Position numbers and translations under genes: made by a program
The notes under the pieces: generated by a model
Database searches by the model: none
Told to the model about the DNA's origin: nothing
What the model saw: only the letters and a program-made list of their open reading frames with translations
Assembly (NCBI GenBank): GCA_003971905.1
Contig: RSEE01000083.1
Location: forward strand, 186,001-250,000
From: Moniliella sp. 'wahieum'
Lineage: Eukaryota
DNA length: 64,000 nucleotides
Reading direction: 5' to 3'
Part shown: one piece after another, positions 41,612 through 55,600 of the stretch
Position numbering within the stretch: the first letter of the stretch is position 1
How the letters are laid out: each line of letters opens with the position of its first letter

Positions 41612-43453
41612 ATGTCCAAAGCAATCGGTATCGATCTGGGCACCACGTACTCATGTGTTGCTGTTCTTGAGGGTGAGGACGGGGTCACGATCATTCGCAA
41701 CAGCGAGGGCAATAACACCACCCCCTCGTATGTGGCCTTCAAACATGGAGAGGCTTATTGGTGATGCGGCGTTCAAGCAGACTGCCATGAACACATCCAA
41801 TACTGTGTTTGACGCCAAACGACTTATCGGCCGCAGGTTTGACGAAGAGGTGGTCCAGGATGATATGAAGCACTGGCCTTTCAAGGTGGTTGATGAGGAC
41901 GGTCAGCCGGCAATTCAAGTTCAATACAAGGGCGATACGAAGACTTTCACTCCCGAGGAAATCTCGTCCATGGTTTTGTCCAAGATGCGCGAGACGGCCG
42001 AGGCGTACCTTGGCGGGCCTGTAAAGGACGCTGTGGTGACAGTACCTGCCTACTTCAACACCTCCCAACGCCAGGCTACCAAAGACGCTGGTACCATTGC
42101 GGGGCTCAACATCTTGGGCATTGTCAATGAGCCCACTGCAGCTGCCATGGCTTACGGGTTGGACACAATGACTGAGCGTAAACGCACTGTCCTCGTCTTT
42201 GACTTGGGTGGCGGTACGTTTGACGTATCTTTGCTTGACATCACAGAGGGCACATTTGCCGTCAAGGCCACCTCCGGTGACACCCATCTCGGTGGCGAAG
42301 ACTTTGACACCTGTCTCGTCAACCATTTTGTCGAGGAATTCAAACACAAGGAAAACAAGGACATCACATCTGATCCTCGCGCTCTTCGCCGTCTCCGTAC
42401 TTCTTGCGAGCGCGCGAAGCGCACTCTTTCCGAGGCTGAACATACCACAATCAAGATTGACTCGTTATTTCAGGGTATTGACTTTATCGCCTCTATCAGC
42501 CGGTCTCTCTTTGAGGAGTTGTGCAAAGACCTGTTTTCCCGTATCATTGGCCCTGTCGAGAGCGTCCTGCAGGACGCGAACATTAACAAAAATGACGTAA
42601 CTGACGTTGTCTTGGTTGGGGGGTCAACAAGGATTCCTCGTGTGCAGCGCCTTCTCACGGAGTTCTTTGACGGGCGCAAACTCAGTCGCTCAATCAACCC
42701 CGACGAGGCGGTTGCCTATGCGCCGCCATCCAGGCTGCTATTCTCGCGGGTGACACCACTGAGTTAAGCCAAGAGCTGATTCTGCTCGATGTAGTCCCAC
42801 TGTCATTGGGAGTGTACCAACTCAGTGGTGTGTTTAATGCCATCATCAAACGCAATTCAACGGTGCCCACCAAGGAGGTGAAACCCTTCACAACGACTTG
42901 TGACGACCAGACTGCTATCAGATTTGCCGTGTACGAGGGTGAGCGGTCCCTCGCCGAGGAGAACCATTTTCTGGGCGCGTTCAGGCTAACTGGTATCCCC
43001 CTGCGCCCCGGGTGAGCCTACGGTTTATGTGACCTTTGACTTGGACTCCAACTCCATTCTCACGGTGTCGGCCGTTGACAAGAAGACGAACAAATCAAAA
43101 ACGATTACCATCACCGATAGTGGCCGCCTGTCAAAGGAGGACATTGCGCGCATGGTATCGAATGCCGAGAAGTACAAGCAAGATGATCACGAAGCGGTGG
43201 CACGGATTAATGCCTTAAATGAGCTGGATTCGTACGCCTGCCAATGCGCCGCTGGCTGCGTGAACATGGTACTGCGGACAAGCTCAAGCCGAAGGAAAGG
43301 GAGGTACTGGAAGCGGCGGTCAATGAGACGTTTGACTGGCACGGCGAGTACTCAACGAATGCTTCAAGGAGATGTTTGAAGAAAGGAAAACAAACCTGCA
43401 GTCCATTGCAGCCCCATCGTGCAGGCATTTGAGCAGCGGAGCCGGAGTGTGTA
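41612..43453 (+). CDS. HSP70: Divergent SSA-type Hsp70, copy 3
   Basis: [16 protein letters not shown]; long ORF 41655-42767 with [34 protein letters not shown] and [13 protein letters not shown] contains VYEGERS. Ends ...[20 protein letters not shown] after frame repair. Confidence 0.94.
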
Positions 43454-45119
43454 GGCCAGTAGTGTGGCCATGCACAACTCCAGGCCATTAGTCCCGGTTG
43501 CCACTCAAGTCCTCACCTACCTACATCAACTGGCAGGAGCTCATCCCAAACACCGATGTCTCCGGGTTCCCTGGCCAGCGGGGTGTTGACTGTGATCCTC
43601 AGGCTCCCAGTCGGTAGACCAGGTTCGCCTCGGTTCCATCGGCTTCCACGCTGACGTCCCTGCGTGTCACTGTCCCTGTGCCCTGCACACTCTCCTGTGT
43701 GACTCACTGTCCTTGTGCCTAGTCCGGCCTCCTATATAGATGCCTCTGTACCCAGACCCACTCTGGCTCCAATCCATCACCTTCTCTCTCCTTCTGCCCG
43801 TCCGGCTCCCTAGGCCAACAGAGCGCTGGAAACGCCGCACCAGGCGGTACAAGTCTAAGTCGTGAGCACCCTCTGTTGTACACGGCATGTACTACATCGA
43901 TGGTCACAAGTGGTTGCGGGTGGAACCCATACATGCCACTACTTTTCTCTTCCTTCCCTTTCTTTTTCTGCTTCTTCTCTCCCTTCTCTTTCTCTTCTTG
44001 AATCTGGAAGCCACGTTCGATTTGTTATCCTAACGACGAAGTGCGGTCGAAAAGACCTCCCTCTGCTGCCTGGTCTCTCTTATCATGATCACCGGCATCA
44101 TCGTATGGCGGTCTTCACAACACGACATACAGAAATTGTTGACGTGTTGACAACGTGATGCCCACTATACTATGGTTTCGCCATGAAGCCGAGCACTCTA
44201 TTCGATGCACACAGTCTTTCAACTACTACTATACAGGGCCGGTTTAACGGCAGCAATGAACGGAACCGATAGTGCAAATTGAGAACCGTGGCTCACAGAG
44301 TGACAGAGTGAAGTTCAGTTCCCCTCAAAAGAAGCTAGGCAGATGGCTCCAACAATGATCGGAAAAAAAGCCCGTGTGCGGGAGCAAGACTGTGGTGACG
44401 GCTGAAGTGGGTATTTGGGTATTTAATTTAACGTTTAAACTGCTTTTCTTTTCTTTTTTTTGGCTATATGTCGTGCTGCGCTATATTGCGAAACGATGGG
44501 CGTGCTCTTGCACATTGGAAGACGCGCACTCTCGTTCGCTCAGTGGGGGCTACGGCAGAGGTTGTATTACTAAGTCAGACGCCTTCTGGAGGGTGTTGGT
44601 GATGGGAAGGGGAACGCTGGGTTGGAAGGGAGGGGAAGGAGGAGGCCCGCTTTTGTCTTTCACGTGACCTGGTTCGGTTGGTTCGGTTGGTTGGTCTGAG
44701 ATCTGCGATCTGACTTGTGATAAGGTACGCGCAGCTGAAAACACACTGCTGGGGTGCGGTGGCCGGGAAAGTGCCCCCGTGCTGAGGTGGCGGCGATCTG
44801 CGCAGCAGCTAGAATTCAAGCGAGGCGCAGCACAGCGCCAGTCTAGACTGCGCAAAGGCCAGGTGCCATCCGCCCTATCTCACATCTTCCGTCTCACACT
44901 AACCCCCCCATGCCGGGTGGCCCGCCGGGCTGGAGCAGTGTTGCAGCAGTGTCGCAGCTTGTGCACCCGCAGCTGGGAGAAGGCCAGACCACCCGTGCGT
45001 TCGAGCCGTTCAGCACACCCGAGTCTTCCTCGTCCTCCCCTCTTCTCTTTTTCTTTTCTTCTCTCCCCTCCCCCCACCACCACCGCCTGTGCCGCGACTC
45101 CGAGTTTCCGCCCCGCAAC

Positions 45120-46494
45120 ATGTACCTCACTGGAGCCTCTTTGGTCACTGCCTTGGCTGCCGCCAGCAGCGTCTCTGCCCGCGCCATCCTGTACAGTCCG
45201 GAGGCCCGCGGACCGGCCCCCACGGGTGCGCTCGACAAGCGGGCCGCTCCACGGCGACGTCCGTGTCGGTCGTGACGACCGTGCCGTACACGCCGACAGA
45301 GAACACCAAGTCGGCCGGTATCTGGTCCACTGCCAGCCCTGCGCCATTCTCGTACGGCACTCCCAGCAGCACCTATTTCGGCGTCAAGGCTCGTGGCAAG
45401 AACGGGCCGACCAACCCGGATCAACCGTCGCTCAACACTCCGGTCAACCAGACCTCCGACTCGCGCCTGGCCAGCATCAACTCCATTGACGACTGGTGCA
45501 CCTTCGGACCGTCCCCGCTCAACACCGATACCCTCGGCGACCTGGAGCAGACCACCGTGGCGTACTGCACCAAGCCGCGCAACAATGCTCGTGTGATTGT
45601 ATGTTGTTGCCCCCCCTGTCGTCTATTATGTTTCTCAAATGCTAACTTGTTCTTCTGCATTGTTGTATTCTAGCCCGATGGCACGGTGACGGCGGTTCAG
45701 TTTGTCAAGACGCCGCTGTACGTGCAGCTGTACGCCATTGGCAACTTTGCCAACATCAATGTTGCTCCCGGTGATTCGGGCGGAGAGCTGGACCCCCACG
45801 GGGCGACCAACATGGGCAACCCGGTCGGTGGTAACGTCACCTCGAACGTGGCGGACGGCAAGACGGATGTGTTTTACGAAGAGTGGATGAACTACATTTC
45901 CTCTTCCGAGGTGTGCTTCCGCGTGTGCATTGCCGGTACGGACGAGGCGACGCCGTCGGTAGAGTGCCAGCACACGCTGGATGAGATGGGCTGCTCGTTT
46001 GTCATGGCTCAGCTGCCACTGACAAATGGGACATTCGAGTCGTGCGAGGCCGACGCGGCGTACCCGCCCGGCCTGTACCCCCAACCCGACGGTTCTACCT
46101 CGACGTTCCAACAGTACTACGCTGGTGTCTACACCCACGGTGCGACGGCCTACTCGTACCAGAACGCCCAGTCGGGCCAAGTCACTCCATCCGCCCCTTA
46201 CTCCTACCCTACTCCGAGCTCTTGCGCCGCCGTGTCCACCATCAGCAACGGCTTGGTCGGCATGGACTACATTGCGCCCCCCGCCTCCATACTTCCACCG
46301 CCGCTTCCACTGCTAGCACCGCCCCATCGGGCTCGGCTGCTGCCAGCGGCGGCAGTACCCTCATTCCCGCCTCGGCCTCGGCCGCCGGCTCGGGCAGCTC
46401 ATCCAAAAAGTCGTCCGCCTCACGCACCAACATGCTCGGCGGCGCGGCGGCTGTGCTGGCTGCTCTGGCCGGCAGCGCCATGGCGCTGCTTTAA
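45120..46494 (+). CDS. Secreted GPI-anchored mannoprotein, MP88 / 'macrophage-activating glycoprotein' family
   Basis: Signal peptide MYLTGASLVTALAAASSVSA. Family blocks SRLASINSIDDWCTFGP, VAYCTKPRNNARVIPDG, GGELDPHGATNMGNPVGGNV, YEEWMNYIS and CQHTLDEMGC. Ser/Thr/Ala-rich stalk and hydrophobic C-terminus GGAAAVLAALAGSAMALL*. Intron 45599-45673. Confidence 0.88.
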
Positions 46495-48418
46495 CCGCAA
46501 GCACAGTCATGGCTTACCGCAGTATCCAACTGCCTCTGCCGCTTGGCCCCAAACCGTTCCGTTTGCTCGGCCCCCTGTGCAGCATGTCATCATTTGCTAT
46601 CCCTTCTTCCCCACTATCCTTGCTCTGCCGTTTCCCTCTCGTTTCCCTCTCGTTTCCCTCCCGTTTCCTCTCGTTGCTTCGTTGTCCTCGTTTTGCAGCA
46701 CCATGCCGTGTCATATTCTTCTCCCCCCCCTCTAACCCGTAGGATCATTGTCCTATCGGTTGTGGAACCTTTTGTCCCTCCTGCACCCGTCCGGTTGGCT
46801 TGTTCGTGTCACATGTCCTTGCAGTGCGTTTGCTCCTTAAATGTCTTGTTCTTAAATCGTTTTTTTGCTGTCGTTCTGTGTGAGGCACACAGTAGCCTAT
46901 GTCTCCTTTTGTTTTGTTTGTCGATATTTCTGTTTCTGTCTACTGTGAATGGTGAAATCCCACCAGCTTGCTGCGGTGCCTTAGGTAGCCATTTTGGTAG
47001 CCATTGCATATAGTAATGCGACTGGCGATGGGCGACCCGGGCATGGTTGTCGGGCATTGCACGTTGGCCTGAGGGCCCGTTTAGGACCGAGGGAGGCACC
47101 AACTGCCTCTCCTCTCCTCCGTCTTTCTGCCTCCAGGGTATACCCCATCCCTTTGCCTACTTCTGTGTTCTTATACGTTTTTGTTCTCGTCCCACGCTAC
47201 CCCTTTTTGTCTACCCCCACCTTGATTGTGTTCCACTGATGCAGGCAGCACGGTCCGCAGGGCATGCGCCCATTGCCATGTGCCAATTGCCATGGGACAT
47301 GTGACAGTGTTCATATAGTGCCAAGCGACCACACGCAACGAACGCCAACCCACAGATCCGAACCAAGCCCAAATTCAAGTGCAGAGGGAGGGGAAGGAAG
47401 GGGGTGGGGCGGGGGAGAGAGAGTGTGTATCATATGCCGAAGACCAAACCGGCTCGCCGGGGGGGCAGTGTGAAACGCTAAATAGGTGTAGCATAGGGGG
47501 GTAGTGGGTCCTTAGCCCTTAGCGCTTACCCATGAGATGCGGGGGGGAGGACCAAGATGGAGAGTCTACTGTACCGACCTGATTATTCCAACACAGACCG
47601 GAAGCCAGGGGAAGAGGGAGGGGACGAAGGAATGAGCAAGAGAGAACGCTTCCTGAGAAGGGGAAGAAATGCTGGGAGGGTGGGAAGGCCATCAGATGAG
47701 GCGTGGGGGGAGACATACGTGTATAGATAGGAGCACCGTGCGATGAGGAGAGAGGAAGGGTGTATAAGTCTGCAAGGTGGAGAAATCGGAATGCGAGGGA
47801 GTTATGCGAGCAGGGAGAGAGGAGGAGGAGCAGAGACCCATAGATATATATGCGCCCGAGGAACCGGTGCAGTACGAGAGAGAAGACAGTGAGAACAAAG
47901 CAGAGGTGGTCCGGTGATTCCTCCCCTGATGGCAACCTTTGTGGCCACAGGAAGCAAACAGCACCAGGAACGAGATGGACACGATGAATGAAAGACGACA
48001 GAAGAGTGAGACTACCGACTGCCCATAACCTTGTTGCGACTTCGACGGAACGACGTCATCTTGGGAAGCGTTTTCGAGGAACAAAAGCTCTTGATTGCAC
48101 TCGTATATCCTTCCGTAGATGTCGAAGCACAATTCGCATTGCTTTCATTGTGCGCCTCCCTTTGGGCACGCCGGACAAGATCGGATGGGTGCGAGCGAAG
48201 AGTTGGTTTTTCCGCTGCTGTCAGCGACCTAGGTGGGGCTGCTGGGTCAGGTGTGGCACTCGAAATAAGGGAACGGCGAAACAGATTGGAAAGGAACCGT
48301 TCTGTGATCGAATGCGATGGATCGATTGGGTGAAGGACGAAGGGGGAACGGGGAGGGGGTCTTGCTGGTTCGGGGAGGAGTCAGAGGTACGCTGATGGCC
48401 CTTACTGTTCGGATCCTT

Positions 48419-50526
48419 CTATCCTTGCTCTTCATTCCGTTGAAAGCTGACCTTGGTCCCACTGCACTTGCGAAGAAGGAAACAAAGGGGTAAGAAACCT
48501 ACCTGTCCCATTGATACTACCGGGAGGGTCACGAGATAAACTGGTCTTGCTCGCCGCTCGGGCTGGGGTAGGCAGTTGGAGGAGGGAGGCAACCCTGATG
48601 GCTGCGCTTTAACCATGGATGAACCACCTCGCTTCGTCCTGTTTGCAACCGGAAGAAGCCAGCACATTGCGGATTGGTGGTTGGGCTTCGGGTGCGTTGG
48701 TTCCCAGTCCAAACAAGAACCGCAGGAGGGGCATGCTGCGCCGTTGAGCTAGCTCAGTGGTTGCTCCCTTGGTGCGCGCCACGGGCCCAGTGGTGCAAGG
48801 GACCGTTGTCCCACTCTGAACAGGGAACGCTGCCTCCCGTCGTGGCTCCCTGATTACATCCTTCAGGTGGTTCGAGTGGGGGAACGACGTAAACAATGGA
48901 AGCGAGTTGTGGTGCCGGCGACAGGGGCACGGGCATCTTGGGATTCTAGATGGGAGATTCTGGAGGGGAAGAGGACACGTGATGTGGTACTCCTTTGGGG
49001 GGCTAATAGGCAAACGTCCTCCTCTGTCTTTGGGGCAAGCTTGGCTGGTACTGGCCGGGGAAGCAGCCTTTTGGCCCGGCATGGATCACATCTTGGTTAA
49101 TGACTGGCGGGGCGGTCATGTGGCTGTTCTTGCCCTCTCCCGCCTGTTGGGCAGAAGTAGAGGAAGGCATAGAGAAAGGTTGGACTTTTTGCCTGTACCC
49201 CATGAAGAGCGGGCCGACGAGCTGGAGAGAGCGCCAACGAGGCTCAACTCGCCATCGGAGTGGGCCGAGACAGAGGGGGGCGGTGGTGGTGGGTGACGTC
49301 CACGAACTGGTCGTAGTCCACGCCGTATCCATCCTGGAACCGGGGGATGTGACAATGGAGGATTGGGGGCGACGCTGGGAAGTGGCGGATGTGGTGATCA
49401 AAGTCGGTAGAACGAAGGTGGCGAAACCGTTTGGTTTGGATGCGAGGATGGGTTGAAGGAGCTGACATACGAAGAAACAGGGGCATGTTCCTTTCTTTGA
49501 CTGAGGAGCCGAGAAAGGGCGCGAGCGAAACGATCGAAGAAGGCGTCACAACCACACTCGAAGCTGCTGACGGAGAACACGGCACTGACTTCTTCGCATC
49601 GCGCGCCTGAGGTGCCCCCAATTCGGGAATCTCATCACCAAGTGTGTCTATCCCACCCGGATCCTCGTCCGTAGCTCCATTGGTATCCATGTTCATCACC
49701 ACCACCGGGGGGCTGAGCGATAGCGAGCGCGGCGCGCGATCGAGCGGGCATAACGCTCTTGCTCCGCTCGTATTTCGGGCGTCTTGACTAACACAGCGGC
49801 GGGGATGTGCAGTTGCATTTGGTCGGGCTGGGCCAGGAGAGGCTGGCAATAAGCCATGAGTTCGGGCTCGTCGATCCGCAGGTCGTAGTCCAAGAGAAGG
49901 AGGAGCTGCAGCTCCATTAGGTTGACGTCGACTGGGTAAAGAGTTGGCTATACCGGACCCAGTACTTGTTCTTGAGGGATGAGTCGTTGAGATACTTGGC
50001 AGCAATAATGACCGCAGCCAGAAAGAGGCGGTGGTGGGTACAGGGGAGGCGGTTGGCGACATAGGGAAGACGGGACTTGAGGCGGTTAAGGGTAGACCAT
50101 GGTGCAGAGGAGCGTGGGGAGCTGGATGTTGCTCAGCTCGGCAATCTGAGTAATGAACGCAATGAGTGACGGAACGGGGGTTGGTTGGAAGAGGGATTGG
50201 GATGCGGAGCAGAAGAAGACTCAGTTGGGAGAGAGGAGGGGGGGGTGGGGGGGGTAGTTGTGGGAAGTCCTGGCTGGGTGGGTTTTTGGGCTACTAGGTC
50301 GGATGGCGCCACCACCACCTGGCCCTCCACGATCCGCGGCACTTCTTGGGCAATGTGGGCTGAGAGAGAGAGAGAATGCGAGAGTTGAGTCGTGTACGCA
50401 GAAGAGACGAGAATACGGAAGCCACGCACCAATCAGCTGGGGCGCAACGGGTCGCTCGACGAGGTCCATGAGGGAGACGTTGTGGGTGGCGAGAGGCACG
50501 AGGGAGGCAGGGTGGCGCAGCATCAT
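48419..50526 (-). CDS. Pho85-type cyclin (Pcl1/Pcl2-like) with a long low-complexity C-terminus
   Basis: RHPASLVP...LMDLVERPV, PSLIAFI...PTLLCTMVY, HRLFLAAVIIAAKYLNDSSLKNKYW and VNLMELQLLLLLDYDLR (cyclin box). Intron at ~50361-50428. 3' end uncertain. Confidence 0.88.
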
Positions 50527-51279
50527 GATGGGGTGGGGGTGGTGAAGGAGTGATGTGCTGGTGGAAGAGGGCGGGATGGTGGCAGGTCGAGAGAAGCGAG
50601 GCGTGGGGCGCGGGGGTTATCGCAGGGGAGAGAGAGAGAGAGAGGAGCCAGCAGGCGACAGAAGCTGCTGTGCTGGGGGGGCTAAAGCAAGGCCACCGGC
50701 ACCCGCACGGAGGCTGCAGGTGCTGCGTGGGAGTGGAGCCCCAAAGCTTACCCAGCGTGCGATGGCTGACCGCAGAGCGAGCACATGTTGCGTTCTCTTC
50801 GCTTGTGCAGATACAGACAACACCGGCCGGCCCAAGCGCGTGGGGCGAGAGAGGAGAGCGCGAACAAGGGACGTGCGCAGCAGCAAAGAAAAGAGCGCAA
50901 TCTGCCAATCCGATCGGACCAGTAGGAGCGGCTCGGAGGAGGGCGGGGGCAAGCGGCGGCGGTGGATGGGACCACCCCCTGGCTGGCCCGTCTCGGCTGT
51001 GCACACACGCCGCACCACCCTAACCAGATCCCCCCCGCTGTGCGGGCGGCACACAATTAAGATATGGCGCTCTTTTGCACCCGTCAGCGCTCGGCGGTTC
51101 TTTTCTCTTTCTCTCCACACACGCGCGCTTTGGTTGGGCACAGCGCTCCGATATGCTGCTGTAGAGTGCTGCTCCTCCCACGCTCCGACAACGATAATCG
51201 ACAGCCCTATTAGCCCGGGGCCGATGATCATCGATCATGACCATTCTGCAGCCTCAGCCATGCGACAAGGCCTCCTCGG

Positions 51280-52065
51280 ATGGCAAAACTATACGCTTCC
51301 GCTCCTCGCATCCGCCCGCAGCATGGCGTAACGCAGGCCCACAAGACAACCCGTAGCCTCTACCGCGCTTCATCCACGCCTCCCGCCAGTGGCCGTCGAC
51401 AAGATACGCACGTCCTCCAGTTTGGCCATGCCCTTCGCCCCGTCATCCATCACTGTGCCATTCTCGCTCCCCCCCCCCCCAGTCCCGCCTCATAGACCGC
51501 ACCGACGAGGCTGAGAAGGCGGCGGCAAGATCACACTGCCGGGTCTGAACTCCTCGCACCGGGTCCCAAAACTCAGGCCAGCATCGCTGGACCTCCCTCC
51601 CGCTCATCGACGACGAAAACATCCTCGACGGCGGCAAGACCCTGCGCACAATGAGTGCCGATGAAAAATCAAATATGGCCAAACGTTCCCTCTCACTACC
51701 TCCAACTTCTGCTCAACAACAGGCCATCCCAAAAAGTACGTTGTTATATATCCTCTTCTTCCCTTTTCTTCCACCCCATTCGCCTCCCCTCGTCCATTCA
51801 CAGTGTGCGTCCTACCCAGTTCCCCACGCCAGAGGAAGTGCTGGAGCCACCGAGCATGCCAACGTACTACGCAAAACTGCGCACCCCGGTGGGGATGCCG
51901 AGCAGGGTAAGGTTCCGCCTGCTCTGATCTTCACCAAGGGTCAAGATCTTTATGGGGGTACCGGCCTCTCGTCTCGTTTGTTTTCTCTGTATCCCCTCCT
52001 CCATAAGAATGCCAGTTTGGTCTCTCATCCACAGTTCTGCGTGCCACTAGAAAAGGCTGGCTGTC
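51280..52065 (+). CDS. Possible small spliced hypothetical gene
   Basis: Protein-like fragments (LPLIDDENILDGGKTLRTMSADEKS; FPTPEEVLEPPSMPTYYAKLRTP) are separated by plausible introns (GTACGT ~51737...CAG ~51803; GTAAGG ~51907). No family recognised. Confidence 0.25.
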
Positions 52066-52620
52066 TAGGTCAGAACACGAGATACCCTCTGGTGCATCAG
52101 TGCGGGACCGGAGCCAGAGGCAGAAGGACCGGACAGGAGGTAGCAGGCAGTGGTGGTGCTCTCATTGCCCCGCGAGGTAGCTCCCAGGCAGCCAGAAGAC
52201 TGCAGCCAGTGGCTGCGTGCGGCTCTGCGTCCCGCCGGCCAGCAGTGGCTAGTGGGGGGGGGGGGGGGGCGAAAAAGGATAATTGCGGGGCAATTAACAA
52301 TTCCGCTGCGCAGTGCGGAGGCAGCGACGCAGACTGCGACTACCTGCGTCCCACCCCCACCACCTGCGCCATCGCGTGTGCTGGTGGGATGGGAGCGCGT
52401 GCGCGGCGGCTGCTGTCTTGATGCTGCCGGCTGGGTCCCTCGCTTAGCGCTTCCTGCGACTGAGCCACTGCGTCCTGCCTCGCTTTTGCGTCGCCTGTAA
52501 CCCAATCAGCGCTCCGCCCATCATCCATCCCGCTAACCCAGATGCGCCCCTGCCGCCCCATCCCGCGCCCCGCCTGCGTCTTCGCGACCGCCCGGCGCCC
52601 CATCTGCCGCAACTGCGGCC

Positions 52621-55600
52621 ATGCCAGCTGCCGCTTTCCTCCGGTCCGCCCCCCCACCAACCCCCGCCACGTCCGCTCCCGCCCCGCCCGGTCCCGCCCA
52701 TCCGCTCGTCGTCAAGTGCCTCTCCACCGATGGCCGCACCAAGCCCTCCAGTTCGCCTCCGTCACAGCCACCACCTACCCCGTCCTGCGCAGCCGCGTGG
52801 CGCGCTCCTCCAGCTCCATACGATTGGTCCGTCACCGGGGCCAGTCCGCCGGCACGCCTGACGGGGGACGCGCGGCGTTTGATCTGTCCTATACGGACGA
52901 TGATGGTGAGGTGTGCGAGTGGGGTGCGAGGCCGACTTGGAGGATGCGCTGGCGTTTTTCACACCTTCGCTCCTCTGGCACGCACTGCACCAGCCGGAGA
53001 GGTTACCACGACCGAATGGGCCGGTACCACGGCGGTGGAGGTGCGTCTGCTGGCCCGCATGCGCAGCAGCTTTTCGCTCAGTGATTGGGGGCACCGACGC
53101 CGACAGTGCCTCGCTTCGCTCCCACAGCACTTTCTCCTCCTATGCCGTCGGCAGCTCCCCTCCGGATCACATAGCTCCACCTACCTTACGCCTTGGACCT
53201 CCGCTTCCGCCCTCCCTCCTCCGCCGCCGCCTATCCACCACAACACTTTCCCCTCTTCCCCCGGCAGCACGAGCAGTGCCGGCTTGCCTCCCGACACTGA
53301 TCAGGCCAGCTTGCTTCGGACATAGACGTGTCCGTTTAGCGCGCAGATTCAGCGTGCTGGCATCGACGAGCCAGAGGCTGGGGAGGGCGACGCCTCCTCT
53401 TCAGGCAGCGACCTGGCACTGCGGCCGGCCGCTTCGCTGCACGCGTCCTCTGCCGCTTCTCGCTTCACCTCGACTTGGGTCCGGCCCCCGTCATACGACC
53501 TTCTCCTTGGGGTAGGCACCAGATGGACGACAAGCCTCTTCTCCCTCCCCCACTACCACCGCGCGCCCTCGCGTCTACCGAAGGCGTAGAGACTACGTCG
53601 GTGTCCCTCTATTCATCGAGCCACCCTATTACCAACCAAGTCCCGACCAATTTTCCTTCGACGAGGGTCTGTCGCAGCTGGGCCATCGTTCGGACTTGGA
53701 TGCATCGAGCGTACGGAGTGGCAGACCAGCGTCCCTTCGCTCGGCCCGGTCGTTCCTGACCCAGGCTTCCTCCTTGCGTGCTGGGTCCATCTATGGGCAC
53801 ATACAGAGCTCCTACGACCAACGGCAATAAGAGGGTTTCTCTCGCCGCCTTGGATCCGTCCGATCCTACGGTACAAGTAGCGGGGAAGAGTTCGGACGAT
53901 ACGGTGAGTCACAAATCCTTGGCACGCAGACGAGAAAGTGCATCTCTTGGCCCCCGCCCTTGCCGCCCGCTCACCCAGGGCTGTTCGTGGCTTGCCACCG
54001 TCGGACGCCCAGTTTCTCCAAGCGTGCCAGGCCCTGCCCTCTTTCCTTGAACGAGAAATGCACCCGCTTCGTCTTCCCCAGCCGCTTCCTCCTCGTTTCT
54101 CCACCCTCTTCCAGAAAGCTACCGGTGTAGTGCTTGCGATGTGCCGCTTGTGGGCCCGATGGGTTCGGGTTGCGGTACGTTTGCGATGGGTGCGGGCCCG
54201 CCGCGATGGATCGACGAGCAGCAGTGAGAGTACAGCACGCCCACAGGGCAGCACCTGTACCCCTTTCCTCGTTGGATGCGCGTCCTGGGCCCCAATCCCC
54301 GACACAACCAGAGTCCAAGCCGCCAAGATGCGGGGTGCAAGGGCTGGAGTTCTGTGCGGCGTGTATCTTTACCCGTGGGCCGGAACATGTGGCGGCGTGT
54401 GCGTCGTCAAGCCACCTCGCTACTGCCACCCTCACCACCACTCGCTTCTCCTCGCACCAGCGTTGGCACGCATTTTACGAGCTCATGTGGAACGCCGAAG
54501 AGCGGGCTTGGCTTCCAGTTCGTCACGACATTCGCGGGACCTGTGTCTCGGCGCCAGCTCGAGCTGGCGGGAAGGACAGTTCCGTTGCTCCAGTGTGACG
54601 AATACGCCCTCTGTGGCCAGTGTTTCCGCATCGTGTCGAAACTGTAGGTGGATTGCTCGTTCACGATATGAGATCCCCATGCTGACCTTGTCTGTTCTGT
54701 ATCTTTCCAGGCACGCTTGTCACATGTTATCCGTCTCCCCATTTCGTCCTCGGCATCGTCCCCAATCAGATGACCGCAACCTTACTAACAACAGGCAGTA
54801 TACACGCCTCGTGCTCGCGCCCGGATGACAGATGCGGTGCACACTGGAGTGGCGTGTGCGTCTGCGGACAGTACCCATTGTCGGGGTGCGGGTTCACTGT
54901 GCTTCCTGTCCGGCGGGGAGGGACTTTTGTTCGGTTTGCGACGAGAGGGGCTTGTCCTTCCAACCCACCAGGCGCGTCTTGACTGCACCAGGTGCCTCGG
55001 ACGAGGCGTACCTACCCCCCCACACGCAGCAGCACATTTGCCTCAAAATCACCTTGCCAGTCGACAAACGCAATGTACAAGCCACGGCAGCATGTTGGAG
55101 GAAGCTTCGGACCGCCTGGTCGAGCTGGCGTTGCAGGGCAGCGTGTCTCTTGATGCTCCCTCAGGCCCCCGTCCCACGCGGGACGCGCTTATGGAACAAG
55201 GTCCTCACACATGCCTCAGTCCTGCCATTTGCGCCACGTGCCTCCCCCACCCGTCTCTGTTCCTCCTCAACCTCCCCATACAGGCCTCTTGCTTGAGCCC
55301 GAGCCTGGCGTGCCTCCGCCTTTCCCTACCAGTCTTCCCACCGAGGCTCCTGTGGCGACGATGCGTTGTCTTCTTTCCCCCCGGTGCATCTGGAGCTAGC
55401 TCCTGGCTTATCCGGTCGGCCATTGGTGCCCCTATCCCCCGGTGCAGCTGGTGCGGCGCCTCGTTCGCTGGTGGCGTGCGGTACTTGTGCGCGCGCTGCC
55501 CCGTCGAGCCATCAGGAGGGTACAGTTTTGCCAGACTTGAGCCGTACTCGTTGTTGGTCCACGACCCGCGCACATCTTTCTCAAGATCAACCGGTCTCAC

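Larger units (their letters stand above)
40975..44130 (+). repeat. Right arm of the inverted segmental duplication
   Basis: Homologous to the reverse complement of 27080-29860, with extra sequence at ~41230-41355 and ~43455-43860. Confidence 0.85.
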